Source: Candidatus Hydrogenedentota bacterium (GTDB lineage: Bacteria; Hydrogenedentota; Hydrogenedentia; Hydrogenedentales; SLHB01). Taken from it: 64,000 nt of DNA. Numbering within the stretch: the first letter of the stretch is position 1; the number at the start of each line of letters is the position of its first letter. The notes beneath the pieces were generated by a model. It had not been told where the DNA came from, did not search any database, and saw nothing but the letters and a program-made list of their open reading frames with translations. The stretch spans positions 43,426 through 107,425 of the forward strand of contig BTVY01000021.1 of assembly GCA_045863335.1 (NCBI GenBank), written 5' to 3'. Positions 51,297 through 60,790 of this stretch are shown piece by piece. The position numbers and the translations under genes were made by a program.

Positions 51297-52462
51297 GATG
51301 CGGTCCTCGCTTCCTTTCGGAGGTAAAGGATCAGACGGTAGCAGAAGTGGACGAGCAATCCGGCAGTGATGATGATGCACGCATAGAGCGGCCACTGATC
51401 GGAAGGATTCTTGACCACGGCGAACGACGAGAACAGTGGATCGTTCGGACCGGCGTTTTGCGGTCCCCAGGACGCCTGAAACAGGGTGTACCCTTTGTAC
51501 CGGAGCGGTTTGTTCATGGAGATGTGAATCTTTTGCGTCGCCTCGGAATCGACGACGGTCACGTCGCTGCTGAAGGACGCAGGCCGGCTCGTGCCGGGGT
51601 GCAGGACGCGCGTGAAATCGTCGAGGATGACGGTGAACGGCAGGGGCCAGGTCCGCCGTCGCAAGGTGACGTCCCAGACGCCGGTGTTGGTCGCGATGCG
51701 GAACGGCGATTGGGCCATTCCCCAGAGTGCTCCTTCAAGCGTGGTGTCAGAACCTTTTTGGGCTGCGGTCGCGTAGAGACCGGCGACATTCCGTTCATTC
51801 TGCGGTTCCAGATCCAACGGCACAAGCGCGATTCCGCCGGCGATTTTGTTGCCGGCGGCCGCCGGCGCCGAGGCGGGCACCGCTGCGGCGTTACGCATGA
51901 ATCCCGTGAGTGTGAGGTCAAACGGCAAGTCCGCCTGGGCGAAGGTCGCGGCTTCGTTGCCGGTAGCTTGGGAGAACCTATCGCCCGGGATCACCAACTC
52001 TTTGGCCGGCCCTTCGCCTTTGACTTCCGTTATGGCCACTTCCCATTCGTGATAGCTCTCGAACACGTTGTTCTGTTCGCCTTCGTACAAGGTCAGGTGA
52101 CCGTCCTTCGACCATTTGAAGGTGATGAACCCGCCCAGCAGCATGAACAGAATGCCGATGTGCACGATGAACACGCCCAGGTGCGACCAGCCGGGCCGAA
52201 ACCGCACGATTGCGCCCAGGGTGAGATTGATAAACAGAAGAACGAGGAGTGAATACACCCCGGGCAGCGGCAGCAGCGGCACGCCGAAGACTTCCTGAAC
52301 GAGGAAGACCGAGTTGAAGTATTTTTCCTGTGCGGCGAACAGGCCGTGATCGACTTGCTCGAGCGTGCCGAGCAGCGTCAGCACGAGCAGGAAGAAGAGG
52401 ATGACGATGCCGAAGGCGTACGACGCGAGCCCCCGGTAAATGGCTTTCAGTGTAGCAATCAT
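51293..52462 (-). CDS. Cytochrome c biogenesis protein ResB/CcsB-like
   Basis: GTLEQ, HIG, ISMNKPLRYKGYTLFQASW; ATGA overlap with ccsA. Confidence 0.88.
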   Translation of the reverse strand: MIATLKAIYRGLASYAFGIVILFFLLVLTLLGTLEQVDHGLFAAQEKYFNSVFLVQEVFGVPLLPLPGVYSLLVLLFINLTLGAIVRFRPGWSHLGVFIVHIGILFMLLGGFITFKWSKDGHLTLYEGEQNNVFESYHEWEVAITEVKGEGPAKELVIPGDRFSQATGNEAATFAQADLPFDLTLTGFMRNAAAVPASAPAAAGNKIAGGIALVPLDLEPQNERNVAGLYATAAQKGSDTTLEGALWGMAQSPFRIATNTGVWDVTLRRRTWPLPFTVILDDFTRVLHPGTSRPASFSSDVTVVDSEATQKIHISMNKPLRYKGYTLFQASWGPQNAGPNDPLFSSFAVVKNPSDQWPLYACIIITAGLLVHFCYRLILYLRKEARTAS

Positions 52463-52481
52463 TTCCAGAATACTTCCGTAC

Positions 52482-53690
52482 TTACCGAAGTGACTCGCAA
52501 AACGCGATGAACTCGTCTTTGTTGGCCTGTACTTCGCTCGCGGGACCCGTCATCTTTACAAAGAGCGTTTCCCCTTCGAGCGGGCAAATGGCGCCGAGCA
52601 GCGCGAACGCGTCGCCACCCTGGCCGTCCATGTCCGTAAAGTCGCCCGTAATCTCGATCATCGGAGATGGTTTTCCCAAAATGGTAATGGTCGGCAACTC
52701 GGCGAGCGCGGGGCCATCCAGCGGCGCTTGCCCCATCTGCTGTTGCCAGCGGTTGACGTTTGCCTCGACGCCACCGGCCGGACCCGACAAGGAGGTGACG
52801 TAGCACTCCGTCTGGCCGCTCTCCCCCATGGTAAACGTGACGATCCGCATGGGCTTGTCCGGAGCTTGCGTCCACGATTCGGGAGCGGTCCAGTCTTGTA
52901 CGACGGAGGTGTCATCTCGCATACCGGGCGCCGGGGCCATTACCTGCATATCGCCGATCTCGGGATGTCCCTCAGGCAACTGCATGTCCGACTGCCCCGG
53001 AATCTCGGGATGTCCTTCGGGCAGTTGCGATTGTTCCTGGCCGGGAATTGGCGGGTGGCCTTCCGGCAGTTGGGTGGCCGGCTGCGCAGTTGCCGCTTCC
53101 AGGGACTCTGCAAAACTGAGGAAGTTCTCTTTCTCGCGATCTACCACCGCCGCCGGACCGGTCATCTTGACGAAGACGGCGTGGCCGCGATCTTCGAGAA
53201 TGAGGCCCAGCAGTTTGTAGCCGTCCTGGGCTTCGTCGCCCATGCCCTTGTATGCGCCTTCGAACTCAACGAGCAAGGCGTCTTGCCCAAGAACCTGGAC
53301 GGTGGGGTATTCCGCGAGTTCGGCGGCAGCAACCGGTTCCAGCGTTAGCTGCGCGCGCCACCGGTTGACATTGGCTTCCACGCCCCCGCCCGTACCGGAC
53401 AGGACGGTGAGGTAGCATTCCGCATCCGCTTCGGGATCGACTTTGAAATTCGCGGAACGATTTGGCGTAGAAGGAAGTTCCTGCCATGAGTCCGGCGCGT
53501 CCCACGTATAGGTGGCGACGGGCGAAGCACTGACCATGGTTGCGGGCGTGCCGGCCATCGCCGGTGCTGATGACGTGGCCGGATCGACGGTCCGCGTCTC
53601 CGTGATCTCCTGCGTGCCGTTGTCGCTGCACGACGCCCCGGCAAATGCCACAACAATCGCGACTGCCGAAAGGAGCAGACGCGCACGCAT
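52482..53690 (-). CDS. Lipoprotein with two tandem repeated domains and LPEGHP linker repeats
   Basis: Lipobox AGASC; CY.T.LSG..GGVEANVNRW...FVKMTGPA twice. Confidence 0.75.
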   Translation of the reverse strand: MRARLLLSAVAIVVAFAGASCSDNGTQEITETRTVDPATSSAPAMAGTPATMVSASPVATYTWDAPDSWQELPSTPNRSANFKVDPEADAECYLTVLSGTGGGVEANVNRWRAQLTLEPVAAAELAEYPTVQVLGQDALLVEFEGAYKGMGDEAQDGYKLLGLILEDRGHAVFVKMTGPAAVVDREKENFLSFAESLEAATAQPATQLPEGHPPIPGQEQSQLPEGHPEIPGQSDMQLPEGHPEIGDMQVMAPAPGMRDDTSVVQDWTAPESWTQAPDKPMRIVTFTMGESGQTECYVTSLSGPAGGVEANVNRWQQQMGQAPLDGPALAELPTITILGKPSPMIEITGDFTDMDGQGGDAFALLGAICPLEGETLFVKMTGPASEVQANKDEFIAFCESLR

Positions 53691-53940
53691 ACGATATACC
53701 TGGGCAAAATCGAGAAAAAACCGCATAGCAATATCCTGTCTATCAATGCGTTTCGTTGCCTTGCACGACACCGGGGCGATCCCCCGCAGAGGGAACTCCC
53801 GGCAATAGAACCCAAGTATAGCACCGTCGCGCCATCAAAGGCAGCTTGTCACCCGCCGGCGATCCAACAAGGATGCGGGGCGGCCGGTGCGACCGCCCCG
53901 CATGACGTGACAACTCTGTGGATTCTCGTAGCGCCCGGCG

Positions 53941-54552
53941 TCAGCCGCCAGATGCCTTCTTCGGATTCGAGTGATCGATCTTCTTCTTCGCCAATTCGAA
54001 GTCGAATCCAACCTTGGTCCCATCTTCCAACGTGTACCGCTCGGGATCCCAAGTCGGGGATTCCTCATTGTGACACTTGGTGCAGGTTTCCTTGGTGATT
54101 TCGGCTTGGGTCGCCGCCATGTCGATGGACGTATCCTTCTGGAACATCACTTTCTTACCGGCTGCGATGTGGTCCGAGCCGGGGCCGTGACACTCTTCGC
54201 AGCTCACGCCATCTTCCAGCTTGATCTTGTCCGGAACCGCGTTCGACGCGGCGTCAAAGGCCGTGACGTGGCACTTGATGCACTCCGGCGATTCCGCCGG
54301 GGGCTTCTCAAGACCCTTCTCCTCACCGATCTTGATGGCTTCAGGCGATTTCAGCGTCTCGAAGGCTTTCGCGTGCTCCTTGGATTTCCAGGTGTCGTAC
54401 TGTGCGCCCTCGTCCTTCTTGTTGTGGCACACTTTGCATTGGGATGATCCCGCAAAGTCCGCCGCTTGAGCCGAGTCGAACCCGAGACCCCAAGCCAGAC
54501 CGAGGCACAAGGCGCAAATCGCCAATGGTTGTACAATTCGTTTCATACGCAT
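53941..54552 (-). CDS. Periplasmic tetraheme cytochrome c (c554-like)
   Basis: Signal peptide; CKVCH, CIKCH, CEECH(GPGS), CTKCH; AAGGAGG RBS. Confidence 0.88.
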   Translation of the reverse strand: MRMKRIVQPLAICALCLGLAWGLGFDSAQAADFAGSSQCKVCHNKKDEGAQYDTWKSKEHAKAFETLKSPEAIKIGEEKGLEKPPAESPECIKCHVTAFDAASNAVPDKIKLEDGVSCEECHGPGSDHIAAGKKVMFQKDTSIDMAATQAEITKETCTKCHNEESPTWDPERYTLEDGTKVGFDFELAKKKIDHSNPKKASGG

Positions 54553-54590
54553 ATCCCTCCTTTCGAAACCTATACGTGGCCCTAACCGGC

Positions 54591-55619
54591 TCAGTGACAG
54601 AACCGGCAGTTTACGGTGCTGTTCTCCGGATGGGGCGCCCGATTGGTCTGTCCCCCCGGGTGGCACGCCGCGCAGGCCGCCGGATATACCAGCGCCCGGT
54701 GGGGCGACGGCAACGCGGACGGATGCTCGATGCTTTCGTGGCACACGACGCAGTTCGTCTTGGTCGGCGGATAGTGACACGACGTGCAGTGGTGATTTAC
54801 CGGCGGGCCCCATGCCCGGCGGTGCGATTCCGGTTCAGTATTCTGGTGGCACTGCAGGCACGAGTCCTCCTCGTGGCACACGCTACAGTTGTTGCGATCC
54901 CACGACGCCTGCATCCCGTGGGTCTTGCGGCGCCACGTCACGGTATGGCTGTCGGGCGCGGTCGTCGTGTGGCAATCGTCGCAAAACGCCTGCTCGGTGT
55001 GACACAACGCGCAATACTTGGGATCCACTTTGGACTCCGTTCCGTGAACCTTCGCCCAAATCGCCGGTTGGTCGTGGGCCAGATTCACCCCATATCTGGA
55101 CGACGGAATCGTGTCTTTATTCGTTTCCTTGTGGCAGACCGAGCACTCGTTCAGCGCGGGACTGGTCTTTCCGTGGCAATCCATGCAGAAGGGCTTCAGC
55201 GGTCCGCTTGGAAGGATGGCCTTGTCCACGTTGGTGTGGCAGGTGGCGCATTCCACTTCCGCCGCCACGTGGGGATCGTGATTGAATACAATGTCCGGGC
55301 CCAGGGGACTCTGGAACTCGGCGATCTCAAAACTCTCGTTCGTATGACAGAACCCGCAGGCCTCCGGCTCGGGATTGTCCATGTCGATATCATGGCACAC
55401 CGAACACGTATCATGTGTCGGGAAACCGTAGGTACCGCCTTCCTGGGGTTCGTGGCAGATGGCGCACTCCAGCCCTTGCTCGGTGTGCAGCGCATGGTTG
55501 ACCCGAACGCCCCGGTCTGCTTTTTCCGCTTTCGGCTGCGTGTAGGTAATGCAGGCCGCGACCAGCCCGCTCAGGGCAACCGCCACCACCAGCCAGAGAA
55601 TCCGTTGGCGCCGCGTCAT
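54591..55619 (-). CDS. 14-heme c-type cytochrome lipoprotein (c3/c7-like modules)
   Basis: 14 CxxCH motifs counted; NHxxH ligand motifs; lipobox LVAAC. Confidence 0.9.
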   Translation of the reverse strand: MTRRQRILWLVVAVALSGLVAACITYTQPKAEKADRGVRVNHALHTEQGLECAICHEPQEGGTYGFPTHDTCSVCHDIDMDNPEPEACGFCHTNESFEIAEFQSPLGPDIVFNHDPHVAAEVECATCHTNVDKAILPSGPLKPFCMDCHGKTSPALNECSVCHKETNKDTIPSSRYGVNLAHDQPAIWAKVHGTESKVDPKYCALCHTEQAFCDDCHTTTAPDSHTVTWRRKTHGMQASWDRNNCSVCHEEDSCLQCHQNTEPESHRRAWGPPVNHHCTSCHYPPTKTNCVVCHESIEHPSALPSPHRALVYPAACAACHPGGQTNRAPHPENSTVNCRFCH

Positions 55620-55641
55620 GCTGTAAGTCTCCTACGCAAGG

Positions 55642-57372
55642 TCAGAACTCCAGTGTATAGCCCGCACGCACCCGCCAATAGGGCGAATCGTCGCTATCGT
55701 CTTCTTCAAAGCTCACGGCCAGGCTCACGTCCTGATTCTCGGCAAACTGCCAGCGCAACCGGCTGAACACCGAGAAGATGTCGTCGTTGGTCTCGTACGG
55801 TTTCACATCGCGAAGCCGCACCGTGAAGTTGTTGTCGTAATAGGCCGTGTTGGAATTCGGGTTCAGGGATGCGATGGCCCTCCGCACGCCGTTCTTCCAT
55901 TGAGGGAAGAAATCGTAGCGGCTGCCGTCGCGCTCGTATCGTTCGTAGTTCGCGCCAAGCGTCAGCGACAGGTCGTTCCACTTCTTCGTGACGTCCCCGC
56001 CCACCGACCAGGACGCGTCGCCTCCGTCCACGTCCCACACCTGGAACGAGGAGGAGGCGCTCAAGCCCCAGAAAAGTTCGTCCGCCGTGAGGATGACGGC
56101 GAAGCGGTTGTAGTCGCGGTTAGCGCGATCGGCGTAGTCGTAGTCGTGATCGTACGCGCGCATCCAGGAATCGGGGTAGTCCGCGTCGACCCGGTGGACC
56201 TGGCCTTCCAGGGTGAGCGTGAACTTCTCGCCCAGGGGCCGGTGCAGGACCAGCAGGAAGTCGTCGTACTCGTGCTCAGGACCGAAGATGCGGTAGTACC
56301 CAGTCAGGTCGCTGGCGCGATCCTCGTGCGCGCTCATCAGCCGCCGGTAGGTTGCTTGATACGTCACCTTCCAGGAGGGGATCTGCCCGGTTGCTTGAAG
56401 GGTCAATTCGTCACCGCTATTGCTGTAAAGATCCAGCCGTCCGAACAGGGTCAAATTCGCGGTAACGACTTGCCAAACGCTGAGTGATATGCGGGTGTCC
56501 TCTTGTTCGCCGTCCACGTCGCGCGGGAAGTCGCGATACAGGAGATTGCTCAAGCGGGGCCGGATATACCGGTCGTAATCGTGGCGATGGTCGTCTTCCC
56601 AATACACATCGACGGCAACACGCGTACTCGTGGTCAATTGCGCGGAAAGGCCGCCGCCCGCGACCGGGTCTTCGAAGTCGTCGCCGTACATCGAGGCTTG
56701 CCATCCGCCGAAGACGTACCAGTCCCATCGGGCGTGACGTTGCTTGAAGTACAGTCCGTCAAAACGATTGAATGCGGGGCCTTCCTGAACGCGCTGGCGC
56801 CCGAACCGCAGCGTCGAATCGCCCCACAAGTCGTCCACGTCGAGGTAGAGGTACACGACCCGGGCATCCACGTCCGAGTCGTAGTTGTCGTCAAGGTCGC
56901 GGAGCGTGTTGTATCGCTCGTCGTCGGAATCGAGGTCTTCCCGGAGCCAGAACAGGCTGCGCACGTGAATGTTCTCAAGCCCCGGCGGGTCTACGTTGAA
57001 CTGAAGCGTCTGATCAAGATCGATGTCGGATTCGGAATCGGACCATGTGCCGTCGAACCCAGCCGTAAACCGGCCGTAATACCAGCGGTCTTTTTCGGTC
57101 ATACCGGGGTCTTCGGCTTCGGCTTCCACTTCGGGTTCCGCGTCAGATTCGGGTTCCACGGAATCAGCTTCCGGCGCTGGGGACGGTTCCGCAGCTTCTT
57201 CAGCCGCGGCGGCCGGTTCTTCGGGACTCTCTTCCTGGGCGAATCCAGGTAACGCGACCGCGAATGCGCTCAAGACGCTCAACAGGAGCCACGCATGGCG
57301 TAAACGAGCCCCTCTCGCGCCGCCCCCTTTCCGTCGAATCGGCTGACATCGATCACGGCGCTTCCGGTACAT
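55642..57372 (-). CDS. Putative outer-membrane beta-barrel (cytochrome-associated porin)
   Basis: Signal peptide, amphipathic beta pattern, C-terminal RAGYTLEF ending in Phe; located between multiheme genes; start uncertain. Confidence 0.75.
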   Translation of the reverse strand: MYRKRRDRCQPIRRKGGGARGARLRHAWLLLSVLSAFAVALPGFAQEESPEEPAAAAEEAAEPSPAPEADSVEPESDAEPEVEAEAEDPGMTEKDRWYYGRFTAGFDGTWSDSESDIDLDQTLQFNVDPPGLENIHVRSLFWLREDLDSDDERYNTLRDLDDNYDSDVDARVVYLYLDVDDLWGDSTLRFGRQRVQEGPAFNRFDGLYFKQRHARWDWYVFGGWQASMYGDDFEDPVAGGGLSAQLTTSTRVAVDVYWEDDHRHDYDRYIRPRLSNLLYRDFPRDVDGEQEDTRISLSVWQVVTANLTLFGRLDLYSNSGDELTLQATGQIPSWKVTYQATYRRLMSAHEDRASDLTGYYRIFGPEHEYDDFLLVLHRPLGEKFTLTLEGQVHRVDADYPDSWMRAYDHDYDYADRANRDYNRFAVILTADELFWGLSASSSFQVWDVDGGDASWSVGGDVTKKWNDLSLTLGANYERYERDGSRYDFFPQWKNGVRRAIASLNPNSNTAYYDNNFTVRLRDVKPYETNDDIFSVFSRLRWQFAENQDVSLAVSFEEDDSDDSPYWRVRAGYTLEF

Positions 57373-57467
57373 TCCGTATCCCCTTCCGCAATGCGCTATC
57401 CATTTCCGGCCTATTCCCCACATCCACGGCCACTACCCCAAAAATTCCTATCTTCCTTGACGAAAGC

Positions 57468-58289
57468 CTACGGCGCGGACTTTGCCCCGTACCACATTTC
57501 GTAGACGCCCTGAAGCCCAATCATCGTCGCCTCATTGTCCACATTGAATACGGGCGAAGCCGGTACGGTACCGTCGTGACACCCCATGGTACCCGCGCAC
57601 GAATTCGGCGGCACCGGCGTTACACCGTTTTGCGACGCCTCTGCCGAGACAATCGGCGGTATCGGATCGAAGGTGTGGCTATGGGGCCCGTCGTCCTGGT
57701 TGGTGCGGACCTTCGGTGGCATATGACAACTCGTGCACCGGCTCGCGCCGGTCCCGGTGGGATCGACGGAATGATTCGTGTGTTGTTCGATCTGGGATTC
57801 CGTCTGGAACCCGTCGAATACATGACAGGAACGGCACAGTAAATTGTTGGTAAAGGGTCCGATTGTTTCGATGGGCGAATGCACGTCGTGGCAGTCGTAA
57901 CAGGAAACTGAACGGCTTACATGGTGGCCGCTCTGTTGGAAATCTTCGACGATTTCCTGGTGGCAGGCGGTGCAAGCCGCGTAGGACAACTCGTAAGCGC
58001 CGAAGGCGGGATTGATGAGCGCGCCGCCCAGTCCCCCGCTCTGTACATGCGCTTCGGCCCCGACGTGGCAGGTATCACAGGAAACGCCCCGGTGGGAACT
58101 CAGCAGGAAGGTCCGCATATCCTTAGCGGTACGGCCGTTGTGACAACCGAGACAGGTCGTGGTGCTTCCCGCGCCGCCCACGGGCGCGCTCGGGCAACCC
58201 GTTGTCAACGAGACAACCAGCGCCAGCACTACGACACCGGTGCTAACTGCACAGAAACGCACCCTCGGACTAGCCGAACGCATCGTCAT
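57468..58289 (-). CDS. Multiheme c-type cytochrome lipoprotein (6 CxxCH plus 1 CX5CH)
   Basis: CLGCH, CDTCH, CTACH, CYDCH, CRSCH, CTSCH, CAGTMGCH; lipobox TTGC. Confidence 0.88.
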   Translation of the reverse strand: MTMRSASPRVRFCAVSTGVVVLALVVSLTTGCPSAPVGGAGSTTTCLGCHNGRTAKDMRTFLLSSHRGVSCDTCHVGAEAHVQSGGLGGALINPAFGAYELSYAACTACHQEIVEDFQQSGHHVSRSVSCYDCHDVHSPIETIGPFTNNLLCRSCHVFDGFQTESQIEQHTNHSVDPTGTGASRCTSCHMPPKVRTNQDDGPHSHTFDPIPPIVSAEASQNGVTPVPPNSCAGTMGCHDGTVPASPVFNVDNEATMIGLQGVYEMWYGAKSAP

Positions 58290-58776
58290 TACCGCACCCC
58301 CTTCGTTGCGTGAGTTGGACGTGCCCTCTCCCAAGGAACGTCCCCCCACGACCGGCCCTATTCCGCAGGATTGAAATCCTTGAGTTTCCATCTGGAACAA
58401 CCCACGTGACTTGGCCACCGTGTGTAATCTAATCGCGACCACCGGAAGGTGTCAAGCCTAGTATCTTCAGTTCCATACCCGGCAGGCGATTGACTCCGGC
58501 GCACAACGCTGGCTCGCGGGAAAAATAGAGCAATTCTGGTGCCCAAAACTGGGAATTCTGCCTGCAACGATACTTGATGCATGCATCATTGGTTTTTGAG
58601 CGACCGGAAGACTCGCCAGAGTGCGCAATGCGCCAAGCACTTGAGCACATCTGCGTGCGCACATTTGTCCAACACGCCTCACCCAGATTCTCCTTTTTTC
58701 CTCCTCGAAGCCTCGGCATGGTCATTAACGGCGCACAATGCAGGACGGCAGGCAAACCGCGTACCTTGCCGCATTC

Positions 58777-58792
58777 GGGCATTCAACTTGCA
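58777..58792 (+). promoter_or_regulatory. Possible sigma-54 promoter for the NapC/NirT-like gene
   Basis: GGGCAT-TCAAC-TTGCA with GG-N10-GC spacing. Confidence 0.45.
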
Positions 58793-58892
58793 TGTTCAAC
58801 CGCTCCGGGATCTACCGGATCCCCGGCAAATCTGGTATTTTTGTAAAATGCATGGAGTACGAACGGGGTAAACGGCGGGAGAGAGAGAACCC

Positions 58893-60386
58893 ATGATTAA
58901 GTTTTTCGCGAAACTGTTGGGGGCCCTAATCTGGTTGTTCATGCGCAACTGGCTAACCGTGTTGGGTGCCGGTCTGACGACAATCAGCTTCTTGGCGATC
59001 GCGGCACTGGTTGCACTTGAGCTCACAGGGATAATCGTCTCGCCCTACCTGGGTATCGTCGCGTTCCTCATCCTGCCGGGCTTCTTCGTCGCCGGATTGG
59101 TCCTCATCCCCGTGGGGGCGCTGTGGCAGCGGCGCGTGGAACGGAAACATGGAAAAGTAAGTTCAGGCGATGAGCCCTACGCTCTACCTAAGATTGATTT
59201 CAATAATCCTCGCACGCAACGGATCGCGATTATGGTCCTTCTGCTCACCTTCGTGAATCTGTTCATCATCGGCGCTACCAGTTACAAGAGCGTCGTGTAC
59301 ATGGATTCCGTCGAGTTCTGCGGGGAAGTGTGCCACACCGTCATGAAACCCGAATTCACGGCGTACAAAAACTCGCCCCATTCCCGGGTCGAGTGCGTCG
59401 AGTGTCATATCGGACCCGGAGCGCCTTGGTTCGTGCGTTCCAAACTGTCCGGCACCGGCCAGCTATTTGCGGTCACGTTCGACACGTACGAACGTCCGAT
59501 CCCAACCCCGGTGGAAAACCTGCGCCCATCGCGGGACACTTGTGAGCAGTGCCACTGGCCTGAGCGATTTACGGGCGACCGTGTGCGGGTCATCAAGCGA
59601 TTCCAGGAAGACGAAGCGAACACACCTGTTCATACCGTACTTCTGATGCACATCGGGGGCGGTCAAGAAGGCTCCGGCGGTATCCATAGTTGGCACATCG
59701 CCCCCGGCCGTGAAACCACCTATCTGGCCGCGGACCCAGAGACGGGCGAACCGGATCCGACTCGACGGAAGATTGCCATGGTCCGCGTTAAGGAAGCGGA
59801 CGGAACCGTAACGGAGTACAAAGCAGACGGGTTCGAGCCGACACCGGAACTCCTGAACTCGCAGGAGTTTCGCGTGATGGACTGCATTGACTGTCACAAT
59901 CGGCCTACCCATGTGTTTGAGCTGCCCTTCCAGGCAGTGGACAAGGCCCTTGCCAGCGGGGACATCGACCCGACGCTGCCGTATATCCGCGCGAAGGCGG
60001 TCGAAGTGCTGGAGGCGGTCGAGGTAGAACACTCCGATCTGGAGATGATTGAAACCAAATTGCTGGAGCATTTTCGTGAATCATTTGGCTCGGACTACGA
60101 CGCCAATGCCGAACGCGTTGAAAGGGCAATACACGAAGTCCAGGCAATCTATAGCCGGAATGTCTTTCCGGACATGGATGTCACGTGGGGAGACTATCCG
60201 AACAACCTCGGGCACCTGGCGGACCGGGTTCCTTACGAAGGGTTCGAAGGCTGCAATCGTTGCCATGACGGCGGCCATTCCACGACTGATGGACGCATCA
60301 TCAACAACGATTGCACCCTGTGTCACAGCGTGCTTGCCATGGAAGAAGAGGACCCGCAGATTCTCGTCGATCTTGGCATCCACTAG
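58893..60386 (+). CDS. Membrane-anchored NapC/NirT-family multiheme cytochrome c (quinol dehydrogenase-like)
   Basis: Three N-terminal TM helices; FCGEVCH, CVECH, CEQCH, CIDCH, CNRCH, CTLCH. Confidence 0.88.
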   Translation: MIKFFAKLLGALIWLFMRNWLTVLGAGLTTISFLAIAALVALELTGIIVSPYLGIVAFLILPGFFVAGLVLIPVGALWQRRVERKHGKVSSGDEPYALPKIDFNNPRTQRIAIMVLLLTFVNLFIIGATSYKSVVYMDSVEFCGEVCHTVMKPEFTAYKNSPHSRVECVECHIGPGAPWFVRSKLSGTGQLFAVTFDTYERPIPTPVENLRPSRDTCEQCHWPERFTGDRVRVIKRFQEDEANTPVHTVLLMHIGGGQEGSGGIHSWHIAPGRETTYLAADPETGEPDPTRRKIAMVRVKEADGTVTEYKADGFEPTPELLNSQEFRVMDCIDCHNRPTHVFELPFQAVDKALASGDIDPTLPYIRAKAVEVLEAVEVEHSDLEMIETKLLEHFRESFGSDYDANAERVERAIHEVQAIYSRNVFPDMDVTWGDYPNNLGHLADRVPYEGFEGCNRCHDGGHSTTDGRIINNDCTLCHSVLAMEEEDPQILVDLGIH

Positions 60387-60575
60387 CTGCATCCAAAATC
60401 GAATAGCGCCAGAGCAGGTGTCCCGAGCCTGAACGAACGAGGACAGTTGTGTACGGGCACATACGCTCAATCCTGCGGGAGCAAGCGCATATCAACGGAA
60501 CAGCCGGGGCTGAATGTGGTGCCTAACCCGTTTCAAATAGGCTTTTTGCAAATCCAAACTGTCATGTGCCTCATT

Positions 60576-60591
60576 TGGCATAGAAGGTGCT
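60576..60591 (+). promoter_or_regulatory. Probable sigma-54 promoter for the MtrC/OmcA-like gene
   Basis: TGGCAT-AGAAG-GTGCT. Confidence 0.6.
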
Positions 60592-60790
60592 TATAAAGCA
60601 CCGATTTAGAAGTACCCGAGTCGTGGGCGCGCATCGTGAAGGCGCTCGATAACCACATTTGAATATGCCGTGTCGAGATTCCGAACCCCAAAAAAACGGG
60701 GCTCCGGCGGTTATGTTATATTGGAACTCATACGATTTGGGGTGCCATGACCTACTTCATGGCGAGTAACAGGGAAAGGGGGCATTTACA

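Noticed and set aside
58745-58800. c-di-GMP-I riboswitch (GGCAAAC seed; also a minus-strand seed near 35420)
   Set aside because: Lacks the GAAA-loop stem and the GACGCAAA continuation
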